Shown: positions 47,678 through 56,140, counted from the first letter of the stretch. The stretch is DNA of 60,201 bases from Candidatus Onthoplasma sp. (GCA_045637825.1 JAZUAD010000024.1:1-60201), one strand, 5' to 3'. Notes: generated from the sequence alone by a model not told the origin. Translations and numbers: made by a program.

Positions 47678-48577
47678 ATGGAATTTAAATGCGGATATGT
47701 AACAATAATAGGCAATACTAATGTGGGTAAAAGCACGTTAATTAATCGTATAGTTGGTGAAAAGGTATCAATAGTGTCGCCAAAGGCACAAACATCACGT
47801 GATAACACTATTGGAATATATAATGACGATAATAGTCAAATTATATTTATTGATACACCGGGATACCACAAAACTGAGCATAAACTAGATGAATATATGC
47901 AAGAAAATATCGACAATGCAATCAATAGCGATGTTAATGTATTAATATATGTGATTGACGGCAAAAAACCACTTGTAGAGCAATATGAAAAATTGGCTAA
48001 CAAGGGCGATAAACGTAGCAAAAAGATACTAGTAATTAATAAGATTGATGAAACAACTTTTGAAAAGTTGTATCCTCAACTAGCAAAACTTAATGAGATA
48101 ACAAAAGTTGATGAAATTTTACCACTTTCAGCACTAAAGGGTAAGAACGTAGATGTGTTAATTGATATGATTAAAAAGTATTTGCCAACCTTTGATTATG
48201 AAATGAGATATTATCCAATTGAACAATTTACTGACAAAAATGTTCGATTTTTGTCGAGTGAAATAATCAGGGAAAAAGTTTTGCTATTATATAATGAGGA
48301 GATACCTCATGGCGTGGCAGTGCAAATTACTAAATTTGACGAAAGCGAAGAGATAATCAAAATTAGCGCAGATATTTATTGTGAAAAGGATAGTCATAAA
48401 ATGATAATAATAGGCAAAAATGGTGAGGCGATTAAAAAACTATCCACAATTTCACGTGTTGCTATTGAAAAGTTACTAGACGCTAGGGTGTATTTGGAGT
48501 TATTTATCAAGGTTAAACCTAATTGGCGAATAGATAATTTAATGCTTGATGAATTTGGATATACAAACAAAGATTAG
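47678..48577 (+). CDS. era: GTPase Era
   Basis: GNTNVGKSTL, DTPG, NKID, EIIREK...EEIPH and IIGKNG (KH domain) motifs. Confidence 0.97.
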   Translation: MEFKCGYVTIIGNTNVGKSTLINRIVGEKVSIVSPKAQTSRDNTIGIYNDDNSQIIFIDTPGYHKTEHKLDEYMQENIDNAINSDVNVLIYVIDGKKPLVEQYEKLANKGDKRSKKILVINKIDETTFEKLYPQLAKLNEITKVDEILPLSALKGKNVDVLIDMIKKYLPTFDYEMRYYPIEQFTDKNVRFLSSEIIREKVLLLYNEEIPHGVAVQITKFDESEEIIKISADIYCEKDSHKMIIIGKNGEAIKKLSTISRVAIEKLLDARVYLELFIKVKPNWRIDNLMLDEFGYTNKD

Positions 48578-48625
48578 TGAATATATTTGAACTATAATCA
48601 TATACTAAAGTAGGGGGATAATAAT

Positions 48626-48826
48626 ATGGAAATTACACAAAACGGATTAAATCAATTAAGCAATGTAGCATTGGTATATGCTATAACAAATCTTGATTGC
48701 TACAAGAGTGGCAAGTCAAGTATGCAACAATATTATTTTCCTATTAGAAGGTTAACTTCTGCTGTTAATAGTTTAGGCAATAGTTATAGTGATATTGCTG
48801 AGCAAGAAACTGAATTAACTAGATAG
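48626..48826 (+). CDS. small hypothetical ORFan protein (66 aa, ends ...ETELTR)
   Basis: SD AGGGGG; fills the era-recO gap; does not resemble YqzL. Confidence 0.6.
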   Translation: MEITQNGLNQLSNVALVYAITNLDCYKSGKSSMQQYYFPIRRLTSAVNSLGNSYSDIAEQETELTR

Positions 48827-48842
48827 TATGTAAAAGGATATA

Positions 48843-49499
48843 ATGGATACAAAGGTCAAAGGAATAATTTTAAATACTAAAGATTATCTTGAGGCAGATA
48901 AAATTGCCTCAATTTTTTCATACGAGCAAGGAATAATTAGTGCTAAATTTGTTGGAGTTAAAAAGGAAAAGGCAAAACTAAAAGCACTAGCGCAACCTTT
49001 TACACTTGCCGAGTTTGAACTAATTACCAAAAAGGATTTTCATACGGTTAAACAAGGATTGGTTATTGATAATTTCCCACAAATTATCAGTGATTATAAT
49101 AAAACTATTTGTGCTTTTATATTGGTGGATATAATCAAAAGTATTTTGCCTAAAAATAAGCCAGAAAGCGATTTGTTTTTGCTTAGTGTAAATGCGCTTA
49201 AAAAAATAGAGCAAGAAGATGCTATGCAGTCGTTGATAGAATTTATAATACAATTTATTGATGAACTGGGCGAGGGGCTTAATTTATTTGAGCAAGATGG
49301 AAAAGTGTATTTGGATAAAATGGTGGCGGACTTTACTCCAACGCCTACAATTAATAGCGTGGAAATAGATAAAAAGGTGTATAAGGCGTTAATAGTGCCA
49401 AATGTTAATCAAAATATTAAAAAGTCGTGCCTAAAGTTATTAAACACGATACTTTTGCTAAAATATGATGTTGAATTAAAATCATTTAGTTTTTTATAA
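48843..49499 (+). CDS. recO: DNA repair protein RecO (no C4 zinc finger)
   Basis: GIIL..KDYLEADKI..IFS...G.I....GVKK..KL..LAQPF OB-fold; located after era. Confidence 0.88.
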   Translation: MDTKVKGIILNTKDYLEADKIASIFSYEQGIISAKFVGVKKEKAKLKALAQPFTLAEFELITKKDFHTVKQGLVIDNFPQIISDYNKTICAFILVDIIKSILPKNKPESDLFLLSVNALKKIEQEDAMQSLIEFIIQFIDELGEGLNLFEQDGKVYLDKMVADFTPTPTINSVEIDKKVYKALIVPNVNQNIKKSCLKLLNTILLLKYDVELKSFSFL

Positions 49500-49575
49500 T
49501 TAGTGTTGTTTAAAATATTAAAAATTGTTAATTAAATTTATTAAAAATATCAAATTAGAATATTAAAATTATTAA

Positions 49576-49603
49576 AATTCGGGGCAAATCCTCGAATTTT
49601 TTT
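49576..49603 (+). terminator. terminator hairpin upstream of BspA-like gene 4; near copy at 24703
   Basis: AATTCGGGG-CAAAT-CCTCGAATT followed by a T-run. Confidence 0.7.
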
Positions 49604-49626
49604 AATATATAATTATTAAAAATTAT

Positions 49627-49678
49627 AAAATATATTAAAATCTTTTGACAAAATTTTACAATTAGTGGTATACTAAAA
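49627..49678 (+). promoter_or_regulatory. sigma-A-type promoter of BspA-like gene 4
   Basis: TTGACA 49645-49650, N18, TATACT 49669-49674. Confidence 0.8.
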
Positions 49679-49740
49679 TTAATAAATATTGTGCAACTAT
49701 GAATTAATATATTGAAATTAGGTTGTAAAGGGGTTTTAAT

Positions 49741-52700
49741 ATGAGTAAACTTAAAAAATTATTGTTAAGTTCAGTAATAGCAGTTACAATGGCTATTGCT
49801 TTTGTGGTTGGTATTGTTGGGCTAAATAAAGATAATGTTACTAATAAAACCAAGTTAACACAGGTCGCTTATAGCGATATGTTTGAGGTCAAACAATATA
49901 GTTATGATAACAATGAAGTATTGATGTGTAAGGGTAAGGATAATATCAAATATAGTTATATCCCTGGTGTAAATAGTAAGGAAACATCAGTAGTATCATT
50001 TGAATATAGGTTTAATAATCCAATGTCAACCCCTATGGCAATAAACCTAGATAGTATAGATACAACAGGAGTAACAGTAAGTTACGCCTATAGTGATACC
50101 AAACTAAATAGTATAACAAATAGTACATCACCATTTGAGGCACAAACTATACAACCAAATCAAACCAAGTACATATACGTGGTAGTAACAGCAGGAAATA
50201 TTGCATCAACCACCGAATTTCAATCAGAAATCTCATGGTGGCAAGGTAAAGCAGGAACAATGTCGTATGTAATAGAGGGCAATATATCTAATGCAACCAT
50301 AGTTAAGGGACAACCAGTAAATGAACCTATTAATACAGATGAAAGTATATTAATAGCAGGTTGGTATTTAGATAGTGATCATACAATACCTGCAACTTTC
50401 CCATTAAACACACAAGGTCAAACATTATATGCGCAAGTAGCTGATGGTAATTTGCCTAGTGACTGGATTACTTGGGATAGTAGTACTAGTACTTATACTA
50501 TTGCAAGTGGGTCATCTTCACTGCCTGAGAATGTAATAGTGCAAGGCACACACAATGATGGTACACATGGTAAAGCGAATATTACATCGGTATCTACAGA
50601 AGCTTTTTATTATTATGATTATATAAAATCAATAAATTTAAGCAAGTGTACAGGATTAACAACAATAAATACATACGCATTTGGTTTTGCTCAAGGTTTA
50701 AAAAAGGTTGTTTTACCTACGAGTTTAACAACAATAGGAAATAATGCATTCTATAGCTGTATTAAATTAACAAGTATAGACTTAAGTGTTTGTTCCAATT
50801 TAACTTCTATAGGTGAAAATGCTTTTTATGGTAATGCCTTTCCTGTTGCGGATTTAAGAAATTGCACTAATTTAACAATCATTAGTAGTAAAGCGTTTAA
50901 TAATCATACTCGTTTACAAACTGTTATATTACCTCCAAATATAACCTCTATAGGAACAGAAGCTTTTAGTTGTGTAAAATTAAAAAATGTTGATTTTAGC
51001 AGGTGTACTAAATTAACAACAATAAATCAAAGTGCTTTTAATGGTGCATCATTAACAAGAGTTGATTTGAGTTATTGTACCAGTTTAAAAACAATAGGTA
51101 ACTATGCTTTTAATAATAATTATAGACTAACTAGCATAATTATTCCATCAAAGGTTACTAGTCTTAGTAGTTCCGGATTTCAAAACACATATGCGTTAGC
51201 AGAAGTATATAATTTATCTGGTTTAACAATAACGTTAGGAGGTAGTTATGGTCATGTAGGGTACTATGCAAAAGTTATACATACAAGTTTATCTACACCA
51301 TCTAGTATTATAACAATAGAAGGAGTGCAATATTATAAGGAAAGTGATACTAGTTATATAGCATTAGCTCCAACAGATAATAGTATAAAATATGCAAATT
51401 TACATCCAAATACAACTTCTATTAATAGTTATGCTTTTAGAACGTGTTATGAATTGGGGTATGTAGTTATTCCAAGTAATGTGACAAGTATACAAAAAGA
51501 TGCATTTTATTATTGCTATGGGTTGAAATATATATACGATTTATCGCCTAATGTAACTATTACTGCAGGCGGAACAGATAATGGAAATGTTGGGCAATAT
51601 GCAACAGTTATAAAAACAAGTTTAGATGATTGTATTGAAACTATAAATGGAGTAATCTATTATAAGAATAGTGACTCCAATTACACAGCGTTGGGTACTG
51701 AAGATAAAAGTATTACTAGTATAACACTGCATCCTAATACCGTAGAGATTAATGATTACGCATTTAGGAGCTATTATAATTTGGCGAGTGTGGATTTAAG
51801 CAGATGTACAAAATTAACTACAATAGGAAGTAATGCATTCTATGAATGTAGTAGTTTAACAAGTGTAGATTTAAGTAATTGTACAAGTTTAACCACAATA
51901 GGAAGTAGTGCATTCCAACAATGTAGTAGTTTAACAAGTGTAGGAGATTTAAGCAGATGTACAAAATTAACTACAATAGGAAGTAATGCATTTTCTGCTT
52001 GTAGTAGTTTAACAAGTATAGTAATCCCAAGTGGAGTAACAAATATAGGAAATACAGCTTTTGGTACGTGTTATACCTTAGGTGTGGTATATAATTTATC
52101 AAGTTTAACAATAACAGCTGGAAGTAGCGATAATGGGTATGTGGCAAATTATGCAGGAGTGGTTAAAACAAGTTTGGATACAGAAAATAAGTTTGAAACA
52201 ATAAATGGAGTAACCTACTATAAAGATAGTGCTACAAGTTATATTGTTATATGTCTAGCAGATATAAGTTTAACAAGTATAACTTTACACGCAAATACAA
52301 CAATAATTAAACCTTATGCTTTCTATGGTAAAAGAATTTTAACAGAGGTTAATTTCACTAATTGTACAAAATTAACTACAATAGGAAATTATGCTTTTCA
52401 AAGTTGTGTCAGTGTAACAAGTGTAGATTTAAGCAATTGTACAAAATTAACAATAATAGGAAGGTCTTCATTTGCTTCTTGTAGTAAATTAATAAGTATA
52501 ACTATACCAGCAAGTGTTAAAAATATAGGTACATATGCATTCAGTGGTAGTAAAGCTTTAACCAGTGCAACGTTTAAACAAACTAGTGGTTGGTATGTAA
52601 CAACGTCTAAGACATCGTCTGGTACAAGTTTGACCTCAACTGATTTAAGCGATACAAGCACTGCAGCAACGTATTTAATATCAACACACTATACTAAATT

Positions 52701-52749
52701 CTGGTATAATACTAATGCTGGTGGTAAGTATAGTGATTATGTAGCATAA
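49741..52749 (+). CDS. BspA-like LRR_5 surface protein, paralogue 4
   Basis: Same anchor, N-domain, B-repeat and NLPSDW head; DLSxCTxLTTIGxxAF repeats; three insert modules; FWYNTNAGG cap. Confidence 0.88.
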   Translation: MSKLKKLLLSSVIAVTMAIAFVVGIVGLNKDNVTNKTKLTQVAYSDMFEVKQYSYDNNEVLMCKGKDNIKYSYIPGVNSKETSVVSFEYRFNNPMSTPMAINLDSIDTTGVTVSYAYSDTKLNSITNSTSPFEAQTIQPNQTKYIYVVVTAGNIASTTEFQSEISWWQGKAGTMSYVIEGNISNATIVKGQPVNEPINTDESILIAGWYLDSDHTIPATFPLNTQGQTLYAQVADGNLPSDWITWDSSTSTYTIASGSSSLPENVIVQGTHNDGTHGKANITSVSTEAFYYYDYIKSINLSKCTGLTTINTYAFGFAQGLKKVVLPTSLTTIGNNAFYSCIKLTSIDLSVCSNLTSIGENAFYGNAFPVADLRNCTNLTIISSKAFNNHTRLQTVILPPNITSIGTEAFSCVKLKNVDFSRCTKLTTINQSAFNGASLTRVDLSYCTSLKTIGNYAFNNNYRLTSIIIPSKVTSLSSSGFQNTYALAEVYNLSGLTITLGGSYGHVGYYAKVIHTSLSTPSSIITIEGVQYYKESDTSYIALAPTDNSIKYANLHPNTTSINSYAFRTCYELGYVVIPSNVTSIQKDAFYYCYGLKYIYDLSPNVTITAGGTDNGNVGQYATVIKTSLDDCIETINGVIYYKNSDSNYTALGTEDKSITSITLHPNTVEINDYAFRSYYNLASVDLSRCTKLTTIGSNAFYECSSLTSVDLSNCTSLTTIGSSAFQQCSSLTSVGDLSRCTKLTTIGSNAFSACSSLTSIVIPSGVTNIGNTAFGTCYTLGVVYNLSSLTITAGSSDNGYVANYAGVVKTSLDTENKFETINGVTYYKDSATSYIVICLADISLTSITLHANTTIIKPYAFYGKRILTEVNFTNCTKLTTIGNYAFQSCVSVTSVDLSNCTKLTIIGRSSFASCSKLISITIPASVKNIGTYAFSGSKALTSATFKQTSGWYVTTSKTSSGTSLTSTDLSDTSTAATYLISTHYTKFWYNTNAGGKYSDYVA
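51793..51992 (+). repeat. 47-bp exact direct repeat inside the LRR-coding array (51793-51839 and 51946-51992)
   Basis: GATTTAAGCAGATGTACAAAATTAACTACAATAGGAAGTAATGCATT occurs twice, 153 bp apart. Confidence 0.85.
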
Positions 52750-52762
52750 ATTAATAAAAAAT

Positions 52763-52797
52763 AAAAGGGAAGTGGAGAAATCTGCTTTCTTTTTTTT
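52763..52797 (+). terminator. Rho-independent terminator, copy of the one at 27538
   Basis: GGAAGTGGAGAAATCTGCTTTC followed by a T-run. Confidence 0.8.
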
Positions 52798-52910
52798 GAT
52801 ATAAAATGGTTAGTAGATTGGGATAAATTTTTTAGAGGGATTTATTATATATACTTGACTAATATGGGAAAGAATATTATACTTATTTTAAGTATAAAAG
52901 GTGATATTAA

Positions 52911-53642
52911 ATGAAACTAACTAATAATGAAATTAAATTAATTAAAAAGTTGAAAGATAAAAAGTATCGCAAAAGCGAAGGGCTTTTTTTAGTGGAGGGG
53001 GTTAAACTTTGTGAGGAAGTGTTACACAGCAATTATCAAATTAAATACACATTAACTTCTAATGAGTTTAAGTATAATGATTTTCCTAACATTTGCGTGG
53101 TAGACTATGAGGTGATTAAGTCTATTAGTACTACCGAAACGCCTCAAGATATTATATGTGTGGTGTACATACCTAATTTTGAATACGAATACCCTAAGGG
53201 TAATAGTTTGATACTAGACAATTTGCAAGACCCTGGCAATATTGGAACGCTTATTCGTAGCGCTATGGCATTTGGCTTTAAGGATATTTACTTTATTGAT
53301 TGTCCTGATATCTATAGCGAAAAGGTGGTTAGAAGTTCTATGGGAGGGGTGTTTAAAATCAACCCTCATATTATCTCAAGGCAAGATTTGATTAAAAATA
53401 AGCATAATATATGCGATATTTTGCTAGCAACTACATTAAATAGCGATATTTTAGGCAAAAATTGTTTGCCAAAATCTCGTTTTGGTGTTATAATAGGTAA
53501 TGAAGGAAACGGTATTAGTGCCGAACTTTATGATGCCAGTGATATGGCTGTTAAAATACCTATGACATCTGCTATTGAAAGTTTGAATGCGGGGGTTGCA
53601 GGTAGTATATTAATGTATGAAATATTTAAAGGAGAAAATTAA
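52911..53642 (+). CDS. TrmH/SpoU family RNA methyltransferase
   Basis: FLVEG, QDPGNIGTLIRSA, VVRSSMG, GNEGNG and IPM...ESLNAGVA motifs. Confidence 0.93.
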   Translation: MKLTNNEIKLIKKLKDKKYRKSEGLFLVEGVKLCEEVLHSNYQIKYTLTSNEFKYNDFPNICVVDYEVIKSISTTETPQDIICVVYIPNFEYEYPKGNSLILDNLQDPGNIGTLIRSAMAFGFKDIYFIDCPDIYSEKVVRSSMGGVFKINPHIISRQDLIKNKHNICDILLATTLNSDILGKNCLPKSRFGVIIGNEGNGISAELYDASDMAVKIPMTSAIESLNAGVAGSILMYEIFKGEN

Positions 53643-54361
53643 TGTCAGGACATAGTAAATGGAATAATATTAAGGGTAGAAAGGAAAAATCGGACGCTCA
53701 ACGTGCTAAAATATTTACAATGCTTGGTCGTCAAATAATGGTGGCTATGGCAAGTGGTAGCGACCCTGATAGTAACCCAAGCCTAAAAAACGCAATTCAA
53801 AAAGCAAAGCAAAACAATATGCCTAATGATAAAATTAAGGCACTTTTGGAAAAGAACAATAAGGACACATCTAACTATACCGAAAGCGTATATGAGGGTT
53901 ATGGTGTAGGCGGTGTTGCTGTTGTGGTTAAATGTTTGACCGATAACAAAAATCGTACAATATCTGATGTTCGTCACGCTTTTGATAAGTTTGGCGGAAG
54001 TCTTGGTGCTACTGGTAGCGTTACATATATGTTTGAAAACAAGGGCGTGGTAGTGCTTGAAAAAACTGCTAGTTTTGATGCTGATAAGGCAATGGAACTT
54101 GCCTTAGAGGTAGAGGCGCTAGATTGCGAAGATGATGAAGTATTTACAATCTATACCGAACCTACTGCTAGCGAGGTTAACCGTGTGGGCGGTGCCTTTA
54201 GTGATGCGGGCTATACTGTATTATCATCAGAAGTTGAAATGATACCTCAAAACTATGTAACACTTAACGAACATCAACGTGAAACTTTTGAAAAAATGCT
54301 TGCAAAGTTAGATGAAAGCGATGACGTGCAAGAAGTAATTCATAACTTGGAAGAAGAATAA
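53642..54361 (+). CDS. yebC: YebC/PmpR family protein
   Basis: MSGHSKWNNIK, YEGYG..GVA, TDNKNRT and DDVQEV.HN motifs. Confidence 0.96.
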   Translation: MSGHSKWNNIKGRKEKSDAQRAKIFTMLGRQIMVAMASGSDPDSNPSLKNAIQKAKQNNMPNDKIKALLEKNNKDTSNYTESVYEGYGVGGVAVVVKCLTDNKNRTISDVRHAFDKFGGSLGATGSVTYMFENKGVVVLEKTASFDADKAMELALEVEALDCEDDEVFTIYTEPTASEVNRVGGAFSDAGYTVLSSEVEMIPQNYVTLNEHQRETFEKMLAKLDESDDVQEVIHNLEEE

Positions 54362-54377
54362 AACTAGGGGACAAACA

Positions 54378-54938
54378 ATGGACAAAACAAAGACACAAGA
54401 GAAATTTTTAAAGATATTGGAATTATTAAATGGTTGTAGAGAAAAACTATTTGCAACCTACAATCTTTTTGTTGCAAACTTGGAACAAACCAAACAAATT
54501 AAAACTGAACTAGGTGAAAAATATGAGCAGTTGTTAGATTTGCGTAGTGAGTATGTGCAATTAACTACATCGGGCAAGCCTGCAAAAATGCGCATTGCCA
54601 AGGTTCGTAAAGATGCTAAAGCGCTTAAGGACGAGCATGATGTTCAAGTTGAAAGCGTTGGAACTATTATGAACGATGCTAATGCTTGCCGTAAAACCTA
54701 CAAGCAAGAGATTGCTATGTGCTGTGATACCTATAAACTTCTTAAGGAAAAAATGGGCGCTGATGCTAGTATTGATAATGGTTACAAACAACAAGTTAAA
54801 TTGGCCAGACGTATTTTGGAAAAAATTGATACCGTGAAAGTAAGTTTTAATGGCGTAAAAGAAGAAATTAAACTTCAAGCAAAAATGTTCCTAGAACTAT
54901 TTAATAAAATCAATGAAGATAGTCTTGTGTTGAACTAA
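54378..54938 (+). CDS. hypothetical coiled-coil protein
   Basis: 186-aa helical ORF with SD AGGGG between yebC and ruvC; host-like CGT/CGC codons. Confidence 0.75.
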   Translation: MDKTKTQEKFLKILELLNGCREKLFATYNLFVANLEQTKQIKTELGEKYEQLLDLRSEYVQLTTSGKPAKMRIAKVRKDAKALKDEHDVQVESVGTIMNDANACRKTYKQEIAMCCDTYKLLKEKMGADASIDNGYKQQVKLARRILEKIDTVKVSFNGVKEEIKLQAKMFLELFNKINEDSLVLN

Positions 54939-55012
54939 ATTTTAATTATTTGAAATATAAATGTCATACCTTGTAATATTTAGGAATGACATTTTTAGTA
55001 TAAAGGAGTGTT

Positions 55013-55498
55013 ATGAGAGTATTAGGTATTGATCCTGGATATAATATTGTGGGGTTTGGAGTGGTGGAAAGCAATGGGAATAAGGTAATAGATTATGGCG
55101 TGATTACGACACCTAAAAATATGCCTATGAGTGAACGATTAAAGGTTATTTTTGATGCAACTAATGAGTTGATTGACAACTTTAAGCCAGATGAGGTGGC
55201 ATTTGAAGAACTGTTTTTTAACAGCAACCAAAAAACCGCAGTTCCTGTAGCGCAAGCACGAGGTGTTTTGCTACTTGCCTGTAAACTAAAAATGGATAAT
55301 TTGTACGAATACACTCCACTTCAAATCAAGCAAGCGCTAACGGGCGTTGGTAGGGCTGAAAAAAAACAAGTGCAATATATGGTTAAATCAATATTAGGGC
55401 TAGAGAGTATTCCACGTCCTGATGATGCAGCGGACGCACTGGCTGTTGCCCTTTGCCATATACAAACTAATAGCGTATTAACTGATAATAAGGTTTAA
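55013..55498 (+). CDS. ruvC: crossover junction endodeoxyribonuclease RuvC
   Basis: MRVLGIDPG, EELFF, AQARGV, EYTPLQIK, G.GRAEK.QV and PDDAADALA motifs. Confidence 0.97.
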   Translation: MRVLGIDPGYNIVGFGVVESNGNKVIDYGVITTPKNMPMSERLKVIFDATNELIDNFKPDEVAFEELFFNSNQKTAVPVAQARGVLLLACKLKMDNLYEYTPLQIKQALTGVGRAEKKQVQYMVKSILGLESIPRPDDAADALAVALCHIQTNSVLTDNKV

Positions 55499-55591
55499 TA
55501 AACTTAAAACATATTTGTAAATTATGCAAGTATATTTTTTTGTTTTATATTGACAAAATGTCAATTTGTGCTATAATATCCAGACAGAGGT

Positions 55592-56140
55592 ATGTTTATG
55601 AGAATATTTGAAACTATTAGAAAAAATCGTGAAGAAAGAGCGATTGCAAAAGCATTAAAAATTGAAGAGGAAAACAAAAGAAGAGAACAATTAAGACAAG
55701 AAGAAATTAAAGAAAAACAAGAGTTTATAGCAAAATTATTAGATGCTGAAGTTGAAAAGAATTATATTGTAGAACTTCATCACTATGTTGTAGATACTCA
55801 AGGCAATAGTTTATATGGAGTATACGATTATTTCTTATGTTCTAGCAATATATTAGATTTTGGCTATGGTGATGCTATAGAAGCGATAAAAATTACAGGA
55901 AATAACTTTGGTGATAAATACGTAATGTATGGTCATGGTTATTCAATCAGCAGTATTGAATTAACTGATAGAAGAGGGATTCGTTGGGAAGGTCGTAATA
56001 AATCTCCATATATTCCATCAGATTGTAAAACTATACGCGAATTAAATGAATATGCAAACAAAGAAAATATTGCAAGAAAACAAAAATATGAACAAAAAGT
56101 TGCAGATACTCAACGTGTAAATAATAAATTTTTTAAATAA
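55592..56140 (+). CDS. hypothetical ORFan protein (ends ...NNKFFK)
   Basis: Own TTGACA/TGCTATAAT promoter and terminator, inserted between ruvC and ruvA; start may be ATG 55598. Confidence 0.75.
   Translation: MFMRIFETIRKNREERAIAKALKIEEENKRREQLRQEEIKEKQEFIAKLLDAEVEKNYIVELHHYVVDTQGNSLYGVYDYFLCSSNILDFGYGDAIEAIKITGNNFGDKYVMYGHGYSISSIELTDRRGIRWEGRNKSPYIPSDCKTIRELNEYANKENIARKQKYEQKVADTQRVNNKFFK

Noticed and set aside
48626-48826. Calling the small era-recO ORF YqzL
   Set aside because: The position fits, but the sequence lacks the W..F..TG.I..YL pattern I associate with YqzL.
149-52749. Diversity-generating retroelement acting on the LRR genes
   Set aside because: No reverse transcriptase in the window and no template/variable repeat pair differing only at adenines; differences between repeats involve all bases.
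3299-56140. Integron-like cassette array explaining the ORFans
   Set aside because: ORFans are dispersed rather than arrayed, their flanking hairpins are unrelated ordinary terminators, and there is no integrase or shared attC-like repeat.
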